Positions 12,630 through 26,620 of a stretch of DNA of 46,232 bases are shown piece after piece. The DNA is taken from the NCBI GenBank assembly GCA_964035545.1, contig CAXIUT010000137.1, positions 1-46,232 of the forward strand. Reading direction: 5' to 3'. The notes beneath the pieces are model-generated. The model saw nothing but the letters and a program-made list of their open reading frames with translations. It ran no database searches and was not told the origin of the DNA. This DNA is from Bugula neritina. Taxonomy: Eukaryota; Animalia; Bryozoa. A program made the translations under genes and the position numbers. Each line of letters begins with the position of its first letter. Within the stretch, counting starts at the first letter, position 1.

Positions 12630-13268
12630 ATGTTTAAAATAAAATATTTTTACCTTTTCGCCAACATTAAAAATAACTACTACCAAGTTCTAAATGTCTC
12701 AGTACATGCCTCTTCAGAATAAATAAAAAATGCATATAAAAATCTCGCCAAGAAGTATCATCCAGATATCAATCAAGGGCAATAGGAAAAATTCAAAATT
12801 ATTAATTAAGCCTATCAAACTTTATCTGACTCTATTATGAGAAAATAACATGATCTTTCACTTTCTATCAATAGAAACTTTGAATGGAATATCAAAAAAG
12901 ATTAACCAAAAGGGAATAATAATAAAAAATCTACAGATGAATAAATATTGGAAACTCTCAGACAACAGCAAGAGTAGTCACTTGAAGCCTTTTTAAAATT
13001 TAAAAATTAAAGAAATAATACTCAACATTCAAGGTAATCACCAAAATGGGAGCATTAATATGCTAAATATAAATAAACTATGAAAAGAATGAAACAAAAA
13101 GAATATTAACCAAAAAAAAGATACCAAGAGATCATCCTCACTATAACTAGCACTTTGATCGATCAAAAGATAGTTTATTCAGCAGTTTAGGATAAGCAGC
13201 AAAAGGTCTCTATCAAACATTGCTTGATCTAAAAAATAAGAAATGAATCAATCAATCATTAACTTTGA
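12630..13268 (+). CDS. DnaJ (J-domain) protein
   Basis: NYYQVLNV..ASSEEIKNAYKNLAKKYHPD..EEKFKIINEAYQTLSD; the C-terminus may instead end at 13246 if the A8 run at 13112-13119 is really A9. Confidence 0.9.
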
Positions 13269-13307
13269 TAATATATTTAAAGTTTAATCTTCGATTAATT
13301 ATTGAAA

Positions 13308-14256
13308 TCACCCTTCTAGAATCGACTGAATATTTTTAAGCAATTTGCTTGAATCAACTTCCTGAAAAGGTTCTCCTAGTAGAGGCACTACCAATATTAA
13401 CTATCCACTTGAAGAATTAGTTCTACAGGCTGACTCCAAAAGAAATGTTTCATCAAGCTTTGATGACTGCTTCTGAGGTGTTGAAAAATTGAGTTGTCGA
13501 GCTACTTCCTGCTAATCAGATGGAGATGAAGATTCGTTATGATTTTTAAGACGTAATTTCCGCTTGATAGTAGAATTCCAATGGTTTTTAATGGAATTAT
13601 CTGTCCTTCCTGGCAGCAATTTAGCAATATGAGCCCACTTGTTACCATACCTTCATAGCAATACCGTTACTTTTTATGTGCATCGATGATAGTCAAATCT
13701 TCATTTTCTGTCCACTTGACCTTACTGATTTCCGGATTAAGATGATTATGCCAACGTTCTCTGCATTGCTTGCCTATCCTTCCAGGCAACTGTTTGGCTA
13801 CAAAGCTCCAATTTCGTGGCCCATGTTACTTGACTAATTTAAGTACCAACAGGTCTTCTTCTTTGGTCTGAATTAAAAAAGTTTTACCCAGGGACCCTTC
13901 ACCAAGGCAGGGTTTAATACTTTTTGCCAACGATGCAAGCATTGCACATCTGTTCTATCCTCTAAAAAAGAAGCTATCTTCTTCCAGTTTCGGGCTCCAT
14001 ACTCTTCCACCAATCGTTAAAGCTGCTCGTCTTCCTGAGGGTTCCACCAGTGCTTCTGAGGTAAACCAGAACCAACTTCATCAAGATCTTTTCGATTCTG
14101 TTCATGTTGATTTTGGACTTCAAATTTGGAGGGGGAAAAGGTAAGAGTTGGGAGAGGCTCGGGGTTGGTTTCGAGGCGAGTGAAGGCAGTAGAGGAAAGG
14201 ATGGTGGGTCGCTAGGGTGCAAGCGGAGTGAAGCTGACACGTAATTCTGGTTGCAT
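13308..14256 (-). CDS. Three-repeat (R1R2R3) Myb transcription factor (about 302 aa)
   Basis: [72 protein letters not shown]; introns 13868-13887 and 13651-13670 (20 nt each); start codon tentative. Confidence 0.93.
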
Positions 14257-14492
14257 TCCAGGTATCACCACAATAACAGCTAACTTATTACCCACCTCCT
14301 GTAAGCGCCAATATCAACAAAAACCTAGTCACAGAGAAGGTTATCTGATAAGTCATTGCATTCTTTCTTCTCTATAAACCTACTAAGAGCTATAGCTATC
14401 TATGCAGAGTGGTAAAATTTGAAAAATATCAGTCAGGCTGATTTGAAGTGACTTAAATTTGATATATCTCTATTCAGTTGAGAGTAGTCGTC

Positions 14493-14989
14493 ATGGCAAA
14501 TAATTCCTCAAAGCAAAATTAAAAGAGTACGAAAGAAATGAGAGTCTGGCTTAAATGGGGACTTTTCATTCCGTTGGGATGGTTCTTATTTATGAACAGT
14601 TTCTATCTATTAAAATAATCAATCTCCATATGGCATTATCTACTGTGCTGGTTGATCAGTGGAATAAGCTATCTCTGCTACAAACAAATAATCAAATGTT
14701 GGTAGTTACAGCTTCCGTCTTAAGCTGCTTAATACTATTTTGACATAATAGCTATGAACATAGTAGTTCACATATTTGACCCAATTTGGCACTTTGTTTG
14801 GTACTTGTTCAATAATTAAGGCATATATACTGGTTTATCGTTCTTTATGGGTTGTGGCAAGGTGCAAAGTGGTTCTGGGATTGGATCACTCCGAGAACCG
14901 TTGAAACAGAAGAGGAAGATGAAGATGAGACCAGAAGAAGATAGAAGAAATAAAAGAAGAAGTAGAAAGTAAAATATGTAAAACATTGA
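14493..14989 (+). CDS. TMEM208: TMEM208/Snd2 (DUF788) ER membrane protein (158 aa)
   Basis: MANNSSKQN, TM helices, AEYYFDII, acidic then basic tail ending KVKYVKH*; 20-nt intron 14801-14820. Confidence 0.8.
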
Positions 14990-15126
14990 TTGTTCTTTGT
15001 TTTTGACTTCCAAAGATATGATTAATTAAGAAAAGAAATATATAAAAGAAGTAAACTATTAAGATAAAGATTAAGAATATCAGGTTGGTGTCAGGTTGAT
15101 TAGCAAATATATTATAATACTAATTT

Positions 15127-15887
15127 ATGGAGGCAAACATCCCAATAATAGTAACCAACAGCAAATCTGGTTCTTAAAATATTTTCCAAAACGTCTCCTT
15201 TCAACGTACTAAAACACGAAGAGCTGTCACTGTCTCGAAAAACAGACTTAATCTCTTAAATAAACACGAAACACTCGATCCAGATTAACGACTCTCTAAA
15301 ACAAGAAGAATTTCCTCTTCAGCAGCTTCTAAAAGATTCCCAAAAGACTTCTTTAAAGATTAAACGCCTCTTCATCCAACTAAAAGTAACCGAAGTCAGC
15401 ATAAACAAAACGAAGTGTTGAAAAATAATACTAACCGTAAAAATTTTATCGCCTCCCAAGGAGATTATCTATTTTCTGAAAGTAACAATCAAGACACTCC
15501 AAAATTTACTCAAAAAAAGATAGCAACAAACAAAGAACTGGCATAAAGAGTATGTAAGAAGTTATAAGTAATTCAAAAATCAAACAGAGACAAAAATACT
15601 TCAAGTAAGTACAATACTTGTCCATAAGGATAACAAAAACTACCTTTGGGAAATTTTAATCAATTGAAATTCTTTTAAAAAACTGATACTTAAACTATAT
15701 CTAGTTTTAATCTAACTCTAGGCATGAAAGATCCTTTAGTCAATATAAACCAGAATGTTAAAAACAAGAAAAAGCAATAAGATGGGTAAAATAAAACAAA
15801 AAGGGATTTTCTAAAGCCTAATTGTATAAAAAATAAACTATTAATAAAATAGAAGGGTTTAGAATAAGAAGAAAAGTTATACTTTGA
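15127..15887 (+). CDS. Hypothetical low-complexity basic protein, 3' end uncertain
   Basis: MEANIPIIV...; the starting frame has no stop before the convergent gene, and a -1 frame ends at TGA 15885-15887. Confidence 0.5.
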
Positions 15888-15942
15888 TTTACTCTTTTTG
15901 GTATTAATCATTTATATTATTTATGCAAATAAGTATTAATTA

Positions 15943-18059
15943 TCAAAAGACTCTAATGAGTTTGTTCTATTTCCATATTCCACTAATCTGAGTCCCATCT
16001 CTTTTGGTCAAAATGCCTTCTCCCCAAACCATATCCTTCCTAAATTAACCTTCAAACACCTAACCATTCGATAAATACAACTTTCCCTCTCCATTCTTGC
16101 CATCCTCTAAAAACTGACCTTCATATTTAATCCAATACTCATCAACTTCCTACCAATCACTATAGTCAAAAGATATATTTAATTTTGATACTTCTTCATT
16201 ATAAAGTGTCCCAAAACCCCAAAGCTGATCGTTTTTCCATTCTCCATCATATGCTATTTCATTACTAGGATAATAAAGGATACCATTACCTGTCATTTTG
16301 TTTTATTTCCATTATCCCACATACCTACCGCCTTCGTTATAGTAAAAAGTGCCCTGGCCGTGTCTCATGTTATTTAGTTTAGTTCCTTCGTATTTTCCTC
16401 GAATGTATGATTAACTAACATATTATAATCCATTTCTGGTTGTTTTTGATGCTCTGCTTTGACTGATACGACTCTCTCTTGATTTTTATCTACTAGAAGA
16501 ATCAACAATATGAGATGCACTGTAAGATTAATCGTTAAAAGATGACATTATTTGAGAGTTATCGACTTTTGATGTGATTTTGCTTTATTATTATTTCTTA
16601 ACTTGAACTTTCTTCTTTCTGAAACCCATGTCATCCAAATCCATTATATTATCGTACTTTTTTTCAACTACTTTATCCTTAAGTTATCTGTTCTATACTT
16701 TATAAATATCTGAGCTCTTATTTTATTTATTTACTGTAATTGTTGGAATAGAACTTGTTGTTGGTATTTTACTTATTTTCTAAAAACTTTATTCAACTTG
16801 ATTCAATCCAATTTTCATATTTTTTAGTTTTACAACCTTTCAAAAGCATGTCTCACATTCAAATTATTAGTCTGAAGAACCTTCTCTTACTCTTGACTTT
16901 TATCTTCAGTTCCAATTCTTCTTGATCCAGCTATTGATTTTCTCCTCTTTATTTCTTCAAGATCATCCTGAATGAGAGTCATCAATTTAGGATCAGTAAA
17001 AAGAGAATTTTATTCATTTAAAGTTCGATTAAAGTTGTTATTAGGAGATTGTCCTAAACTTATTTGAGGTGTTTTTTTATCTCTTTAAGTATTTTGCTGA
17101 GACTATTCAGTAATAGATTGAGAATTATCAACCACATCATGTTAGTCAGGAATTTCTTATTACATAGTCATCTACTCTTTGACTTATTCATGAGAATTAT
17201 CTTCAATATCTCTAGCCATCGGCATCAAAGTATCATCTTATTTAGATTATTAAGGTATTTTGGAATAACTATTGGGCGGTCTGTTTATTTTTTATTTAAC
17301 AGAAGGAGTATTAGAAAAACTAGTAAGAGAATCTGTTTATTCTTGTACCATTTTGAACAGATATTCTTCAAGATCAATGAATTTAGTCGAATCTTCTAAC
17401 ATCATTTTGAGTATACTTTTCATTTCAATAGAACAATCCAAATTTTAAACCATTTCCATCAAAAAATCATCAGAATCATTATTAATCTATTCAAGTAATA
17501 AACAATTTAGAAGAGTTATTGCTAGTTGTCTAGGATTACCTTATTGACTACTTTCATGATCACCATCTATCCCAACCATCTAGATAGCTAATATTTTTAT
17601 CAATCCCTCAGGATTCAGTCTGATATCTTTGGTCGATAGAGCTGAATGACAACGACCTTCAATGCGTATCATTTAACTTAGTCCCAATACACAAGAACAA
17701 AGAATAGACCAAAGTTACTTCTCATCGAAGACTTTTCCTTGACCAATACGCTGTTCTATTTCTTGTTTTAGAGTATGATCCAAGTATTCATAGAGAAGAG
17801 ATATTTTATAGAAAGTAGAGCAGAAACTATTCTAAACTTTTGTGTTTGTTTTTTAGAGATAGAGTATATGTTGATGTTTTTATGGCAATCTTTTCGAGTA
17901 GTAGATAAATGCTTCCTGGTAGGCTTATTGATTCGTGAAAGAATATTCTTTAAGGAAGTGTAGACTATTGTTATGATCCTTGACGATTGCTCCATTGGGT
18001 ACATCTCGTTCAAGACAAAACTATCCTTGAGGAACGGTCTGACTACTATTCTGACCCAT
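15943..18059 (-). CDS. N-myristoylated pseudokinase with C-terminal MORN repeats (about 705 aa); frame break at 16815-16825
   Basis: MGQNSS; kinase-like FCSTFYKISLLYEY..LKQEI..ELWSIL lacking HRD and DFG; MORN repeats YEG..RHGQG, YVGEWKENKMTGNG, YEGQFLEDGKNGEG. Confidence 0.8.
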
Positions 18060-18239
18060 TTGAATATATATGAATATATAACGGTAACAATCATCTAATA
18101 CTAATCACTCTATTTCTCAATATATTAACAATAAAATAATCTATAAAACCTATCTCAATCAAAACGAATAGATGAATAGATAATTTCAACTATTTTTGAT
18201 ATGATAATACACTCAACAATAATCAAACCAAATATTTCT

Positions 18240-18677
18240 TCATTCTCTCATCTCTTAATTTTTAGTATTACTTTGATTCCATCCACCAAGATGGAAATCG
18301 CAGTCTAATTCTCTTTCGCTTGCTATTCCTACTTATATCCCTCTTTATAGTTATTGTAGCTTCATGCTTTGAGTTTTAGCTAGGCCTCCAAATTACAAAT
18401 ATTCACTTATATTTATATCTTCCTACTCCATCTACCCCTTCTCAGATCGAGGGATCTTGTGCTCATGTCTTAATTATTGGATTTATTCTAACTACTGGAA
18501 TCTGAAGGTTTCAGGATTCATTGTCATCTTTCTTAACCTATTAGTCTTGAGTCGAGGACCCTAACGATCTAAAGTATTATTTGATGATTTTCTAGAACGA
18601 GAAGCCCGACTTGTCCTAGCATTATGAATGATTTAGAAAGGAGCCTCTCCTTTTTCGACCTCTTCCTCAATGTCCAT
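18240..18677 (-). CDS. Hypothetical protein (145 aa)
   Basis: Table 30 ORF MDIEEEVEKG...EMRE*. Confidence 0.6.
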
Positions 18678-18820
18678 ATTAAATTTATAGCTCAATGAAA
18701 GCAAAAGATAAAAGAATATCTAAACTGTGTTCATCTACCAATCAAGATAGATATTTAATTTTATTGAAAAAATATGCTTATTTTACTTTTATGATTTAAA
18801 ACATAAAAATATCAAGAATA

Positions 18821-20443
18821 TCATGGATGAAAAGAACCATTATCTGTTATAAAACTTCTACTCTTCTCTATTATATCAGCATTTCGACGCATATAATGTT
18901 CTATTTTATGGCTTAACCTATCTAACCTAAAGTCATCATTCTCTCCTCCAGCTCGAAATGTTTTACTATTGCTACTTTAGTGTAACTATGGTACTTTTCT
19001 GTCTTGCACTCTTGCTGATTTAGGTTTATCTCTGGCCTACAACTAAGATCTACCCATTTTGATCCTGAAATGATCATCAATATGACTTTATCTAGACTAC
19101 TGCAGTTAGGGTCCTAGTTTTGTAATAATGCTTTTGCATTCAGGTTTTACAATGATTTGGTTGGCAGATTGAGGTAGTTGGAAAGTGAAATTAGCTATAT
19201 GAGGATATTATTTACTTAAGGTTTAATATTTTATTGTTAATTGTACTTTTTGCTACTAAGTTATCTATAAGGTGAATATTTCATAAAGGATTCTTTCTCT
19301 GATAATGGTTTTTACTAAGAATTGAATACACTATTTTTCAAAATACTTTTTTCAACTGTTTAATATTTTTTAATAACCTTTTATGCTTGATTGCTATCCA
19401 TATTCATTTTCTCTTTATCATACTTGAATGGACTAGAATGATTAATATCGTTTAATTTAAACTTATTTGGATTATTTTCATTTAATTTGAAGGTATTACA
19501 ATTGCTATTTTAGTTTAGATTAAAGGTCACACTTTTTCTTTTATTTTTGATTTACTAAACTTTATCTTGCATATCTTTTTATCTATTTCTAATAACCTGA
19601 ACCATCTCATCAAGTTATTTATTTCTTTTATTAAACAACCCAGATTTCTTCTAACTTTTTTTCAATTACTCTTCTAACATCCTTCTCTTAATAGGTGACA
19701 ACTTATTTTCCTAACATTAATTCAAGTTGATAGAATGTTTCATTGAAGATGTATTTTGAGCTTCATTGATAAAAGCTTTAATATCTTAATTGCTGGAATC
19801 ATTTAGAAGAGGAAGACAAGTCCATACAAATTCCTGTTATGAAAGGGCAAGATGTTGAGATTTTATTTGTTGGAATATTTTGCCAAGAAAGTAAAGAGTT
19901 GTCTATGGGATCCATTTTGTAATGTTGGCTTATGTTATTTTACCTCGGTTAAATATATCCATAAATCTGAATATTTTTCTAACTGCCTATTGATATTCCA
20001 TCTACACATTGCTTCTTCGTTATAAAGCTGTATTATTTACCATTATTTCCTTTTTTTTGTCTACTTGTCTATTCTATATTTTAATACTCTTTTTAGTATC
20101 GATAAATACACTACTAGCTTTTGTTTTTTTAGCTTTATCTTGACTTTACTTCCGATATATAGTTGACCTTTTTTGAATGGATATTACTGCTCACGACTTT
20201 TGTTCTTTTCGATGTTGCATTATTCTCTTTGAAATTGATAGCGAATTAAGGAAACTAATAATCAGAGTGATTGATAGTCGACTTTCTTTGTTTATTATTA
20301 ATCTTAACAGTTTTATTCAGTTTTTTACTATTAGATGGTCGAAAAGCATAAGTATTTAGAAGGTTAGCATTAACTGTCTTGGAGAATAGTTGTTTATTTT
20401 TAGATGTAGATGAGCGTTTAGATTTAGATCCTCTTTTTTACAT
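18821..20443 (-). CDS. Hypothetical protein with a degenerate EF-hand-like segment; at least two apparent frame changes
   Basis: MEKRGSKS...; VRKIFRFMDIFNRGKITE..LSEQEFV lies in a shifted frame (A8 run at 20051-20058); C-terminus uncertain (18821 or 18742). Confidence 0.55.
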
Positions 20444-20496
20444 GGATTATGTCAGGTAAAATTAATAATAAAGTTATTAGACATTTAATTAAGGCC

Positions 20497-20730
20497 ATGT
20501 CTGACCAAATTTCAAAAGAATTTATACGTCTTTAAAAGAAATATCTATAATAAGCTATCACAAATTGTCTTCCTTGCTACTAGTTGGGTTACCGTGAACC
20601 ATGTATGTCTCAATGTTCTTTACATTATGTTAAATTCATGACTCTTAAAGAATTTTATCTTGATAAAAAATAAAAGTAACTCAAAATGAAAGATCTCAAC
20701 AAAATAGAAAAAGCCATTGATACTCTATGA
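20497..20730 (+). CDS. Small Cys-motif protein, possibly small-Tim-like (77 aa)
   Basis: NCLPCYELGYREPCMSQCSLHY (CX2C...CX3C). Confidence 0.55.
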
Positions 20731-20761
20731 TTCTTTTACTTTATAATAGTGTTAAATTTAA

Positions 20762-21319
20762 ATGATTAAACCTTTAAAACTAGTAGATTAAGATGAAAAA
20801 TAAAGCAAAGAACTTATTGAACTTCTTAGAGAGATCATTTCTGAACAATAAACCAAAATATTCTAACTATAAACTGATCTAAAAAGATGGTAAAAAAAGT
20901 ATAAACAAGAATTTTACAAAAGCAAAAGCAATCAATAATAAGAAAATCTTCAAAAATTATCATAATATGAACAAAAGCTATCAGCTTATACAGATGAACT
21001 AACCAAAATCCAATCAAAATATGAACATACTCAAACACAACAATCCAATTAGACCTCTCTCGCCCAAGGAATTCAAATAATCGAACATTTGTACATAAAG
21101 GTGGAGGGATTGTAGAGATAACTAGCAACAAAAGATACAATTTTGAAAGAATAACAATCAAAAATTAATCAATTGAAACAACAAACACAGCAATTCATGG
21201 AGTAATATTCTTTTACTTTAAAGAAAGCAGAAGAGTATGAAGATCGTTTGTTGGCGTAAATACAAAAACAAGAAAAGGTTATAAATAAACTTAAAAATGA
21301 TACTATATTTCACAGATGA
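20762..21319 (+). CDS. Coiled-coil hypothetical protein (185 aa)
   Basis: MIKPLKLVDE...TIFHR*; heptad-like E/Q/K/L composition. Confidence 0.7.
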
Positions 21320-21320
21320 A

Positions 21321-22295
21321 TCATTTCTTCTTGCCCTTCTTTGAAGGAACTACTATCCAACCATCATCTTATTACTACTTAGCTGGCTATTCAACCTTTT
21401 AAACTACCTTCTACACCTTAGCTTGAGTCTTATCCTCGTTCTTTTTCTCTCTTTTCTTGTTCTTAGCTGTCCCTTCTCTAACTTCTTCAGCGGGCTTTGA
21501 GACTTATTTTTTATCCTTAGGTTTATTATCTTACTTATTTTACTTGGGCTTGACTTCCTAATTGTTTTATTTAGGTTTATTATCTTTATCTTTATTTTCT
21601 CTATTCTTTGGTTTAGGTTCCATTTTTGGAATTATTTTTCCTTGAGCAGGTTTAGATTCATCAGCTTTCTTTTCTTCTGGTTTAACTTCAACATTAGTTT
21701 TTTAGACTTTCTATTAAGTTTTAGTTTATTCTTTTTTCACTTCTTTGTGTTAATTCTTGTAATCCTTTTTATACCCTCCCTTATAGTTTTATTTAGGTTC
21801 ATACTTGTGTTATTTATGTTCTTTTGGTTATTTCTGTTATTTTTTATCAGTTTGTTCTTCATTATTTTACTTTGTTTATTCTTCGTTGTTTTTTTTATCT
21901 CTATTTTTATAGTGAGGTTTAGGTCCCTGTTTGAACTGTTTAGGAACATATCCAACAGCTGCCCAATTTTAAGCATGATCTTTTTGTTGTCTACCCATTT
22001 TAATGAAAAACCTTCTGGTAAGTATTTTTTTATCAAAGCAATTTCTAATGAAATTAATGGCGTCAATTCTAGTCTAGAAGATAACTTAAAAAGATCCCGG
22101 GTTGTATTTTTTAACTTTAACCAATTAGAAGTCAGGAAAAGCCTTTTCAACATCTCTCTCAACAGCATTAAAATCACACTTGATCAAATTAAGAGCCACA
22201 TTCTCAATCTAGTCATCAAGACATTTGATCTAGTCGATCAGTTCATCCCGTTTGGGTACAACGAATTGCTTACGCTACTCTTACTTTCCCTCCAT
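21321..22295 (-). CDS. Divergent RRM-like protein with K/E-rich tail (possibly eIF4B/4H-like; 324 aa)
   Basis: AVERDVEKAFPDFELVKVK..GSFEVIFETRIDAINFI..RRFFIKMG; C-terminal EDDGWIVVPSKKGKKK*. Confidence 0.7.
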
Positions 22296-22371
22296 AAATA
22301 AACTACAATTTATTAACAATTAATCTATTCATTAAATAATCAACTAACTACATCTTAGTTAATATTTAACT

Positions 22372-22700
22372 ATGCCCAGCAATGCCATTGGAGCAAGTCT
22401 CATCCTCCTCGGAATGAGTAACTCTCACCTCACTCAGCCATCAAAGGATCCTTCAAAATGTACAAACACATCAGAAATCGAAACTATCTCGACCCACTCA
22501 AAATGTACCCTGGAGGCTTCTACTCCGCCATGACTCTCAGATAGGCACAACTAATCATTGGAACCATCGATAAAACAGACCACTCAGCCATCAAAGCTAA
22601 ACATAGAACTCTCATGCTCAACAACCACCCAGACAACGGAGGATCAACTTATATAGCCACTAAAATAAACTAAGCCAAAGATATGCTTCTCAATAGCTGA
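22372..22700 (+). CDS. PAM18: Mitochondrial import motor J-protein Pam18/Tim14 (102 aa)
   Basis: YPGGF..[39 protein letters not shown]; 20-nt intron 22418-22437. Confidence 0.93.
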
Positions 22701-22755
22701 TACACACTTTTACATCTACTCACCATTTTACACATAATCTATAATATAAACAACT

Positions 22756-23753
22756 ATGAAAGACAAACAGAAAAAAGATTAAGAATAAGAATAAATCCTA
22801 TCAGATCGATAAGATAACCCTCAACCTCTAAACCAATAACCACAAGCCATCATCTACGGATAAAAGTAACCATCAATCAATGCAGTCCCGTCAACATGCG
22901 ATGTCCTTACTGCCTTGAACGCATCAGAAGCGAAATCATCCTCAAACCATAAATTATTACAGTTGCTCTCGGCATCAGCGTATTTGCTATCGTACCCAAC
23001 TTCATGATGATGCTTCTTACCATACTGTTACTGCAATTCGCTTCCTCTAGAAAGCATCGATGTCCTCTATGTGAACAAGAACTGGGCAGCGATGGCAAAT
23101 TTCTCATCTACTTTACTGATTAAGTCTACAGCATGAATTTCTTATCAGCTGGTCTCATATTCACCAAAAAGACTCTTTTCACCATCTTACTCATATCCTT
23201 TGCTTTTTTGGTAATTTCTCTCAGAGCGACCTACGAAAAGAATAACCATCTAGTAGCGACTACTTGGCCATAATATCTTTCATAATGCCAACATGCTAAT
23301 CCTAATATTTGTTTGAATAAATACAGAAACAAGGAATTCAAGAACTGGTAGGGACATCTTTTGAAGCTATAAGACAATAGAAAGCTGGAATACAAGTGGT
23401 ATTTACATGCAGTGAATCTATACATGAAGATGGAACCAAGTATCCACAACAACACAAAACCAGACATCTTAATTACTCTCAATACAGATGTGTTATCATC
23501 GAATTCATAGTTAGTACAAAAACTTGTTCATGGTGATAATCTTAAATTTAACTGTAGCCTTCACTAAAGAGAAAGAGGTAATTTAAAAGACGTTATGCAT
23601 TTCCATGTGTCAGATTTGGAAGTAGTAGGTCATGATTCACAGTATCAAATGTATACGACTTAAATCGAATAAGATTGGATCAGAATTCATGTGGAAGATA
23701 GAGGAGGTTTGAGAAGTGAAGAAGATCCTCTCAATACTATCAAACCTATCTGA
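22756..23753 (+). CDS. LITAF-like zinc-ribbon membrane protein with C-terminal extension (325 aa)
   Basis: PVNMRCPYC...hydrophobic segment...HRCPLCEQELG; a second TM helix; 20-nt intron 22866-22885. Confidence 0.8.
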
Positions 23754-24233
23754 TACTTCACTACTTGATCGTTTAAATTTAAAAGTATGATTAATATATT
23801 AGAAAATATAGAAAGTATTTTAGAAAGTAAATGGATAATTTAGAATGATAAAGAAGTATCATTTAGATGATTTGATGATGAAAAAGATAGTAAAGAGAAT
23901 TTTAAGGGAACAAAAATAATACTATAAAGCTAACCGTTATTGTGTAGAGATTTAAATAACATCAAATAACCCAAATTCTCACTATATCTCTCTTCATCTT
24001 ATATTTTTAACAAATCTTATGTTCCATTTTTTAAATTCTTACTCGTTTTTTTTTTTAATTTTTAAATTCAAAGCTAGAAAAATAACGTTAGAGGCCTTAA
24101 TTGATATCGTTTTTCTCCTAAACTGAACAAAATCATTGTTAAAGTCTTTCTAAATACAATAGCAAATCATTGTTGAAAGTGCTATAAATGATCATAATAG
24201 TTTTGTAGATTAGTAGAAATTTTATTGCTTTCA

Positions 24234-25351
<1,118 letters not shown>

Positions 25352-25434
25352 TTGAATCATTTTATAATTAGAACTTATATTTAATTAATATAATATTAAA
25401 CTATTCTAAATATTCAAGATACGAAAAGACAGAA

Positions 25435-26601
25435 TCACTTTTGTAGGATATCTTTCATTTTATGATAAAATTTTTGATGATCAGAAGAGGTCTACTTATT
25501 CCTATCCAAATTCAAAGATATAAACTTACCACCCTAACTCATACGCATATCTCCCACTCTCTACTGCTTGATATACTTCGGCTCCACAACTTCACGCCTA
25601 TACTGATTATAATCCCCACTATTCTTTAAATAATCAACTCGAGTATGCACGGGATGGCTTCCTGGTTTATCAGCCTGACCATGTCCGAATCCAACTGAAT
25701 GAGTCAGATGAGATTCTATTTTGATGGGGATATTCATTGATTTTCTGAGATCTTATCTTTTGGCTGAAGGAGTGAAGGTATCTCTTTTGATGGTTGGCGT
25801 GAAAGTGACATTGGGTTTGGAATAGCCCAAAGAGGGTCTTTCTGTTTGATGGGGGTTGTTGACGTTGATGTAGTTGCCTTGAAATGAATTTCTTTTGGAT
25901 TATGTTGTTTTTTGTTTGGCTTATACGAAAGATTTATAGAATTATGTGTTTGTTTGATTTTAGCTGGCTTATGTTTTGATTTTAGTTTGTTAGGATTTGA
26001 TTTTAGTTGGCATAGTAATACCAAATATATTTTTATGGGGATCTATGAAAGTAAAAGATGAATATTTTTTATATTACAATACTTATAATTTCAATATTTT
26101 TCGTTCTAGATTGATAACCCAACATACTTTATTGAATTAATCTATATTTTATTTATTTTTACCTTCTTCTATTGATTTTTTCATTAACTAAAGACACCCT
26201 TTATAACTAATAATTTACTTTTTAAAGTAGATGGGTATCTGGCGATTGACTATGGTATTCCACCCAAACAGATCTATTTTTATTGTTGATTTACTCGACC
26301 GCTATTAGGAAATAAATCCATTTTTTTTTATAGCTAGTTCTCTTGTTTCTTGGCAATTATAAAACAACTAGCAAAGCAATAAAGCTGATACTCTTCTAAG
26401 ATCTACTTATAATTTTTATACATTAATTTTAGTCTCGTAAATTAAGTAACATCTTATTCAAATCTTGAGATGATAAGGCACTAAAGATTTAAACTTGTCT
26501 TTGAGGATTATTAGATACATGGCTATTTATATTTAGAGATACGCTACTAACTTTTTCATTGATTCTATTAATTGCTTCTTCTATTCTAGAGGATTTAGCA
26601 T
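25435..26601 (-). CDS. Hypothetical protein (374 aa)
   Basis: MLNPLEEKKQ...DILQK*; introns 26499-26518 (20) and 26106-26127 (22) give one continuous frame. Confidence 0.6.
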
Positions 26602-26620
26602 TTGTTTAACTATATTATAA

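Noticed and set aside
14158-14173. AAACCAACCCC resembling the Tetrahymena chromosome breakage sequence core
   Set aside because: Terminal positions mismatch the consensus, it lies inside Myb coding sequence, and it is 3 kb from the internal telomere tract.
21642-22301. Long hydrophobic F/L/I-rich track ORFs (also 9778-9996, 17064-17399, 20835-21161, 44408-44873)
   Set aside because: They are antisense shadows of K/E-rich genes on the opposite strand.
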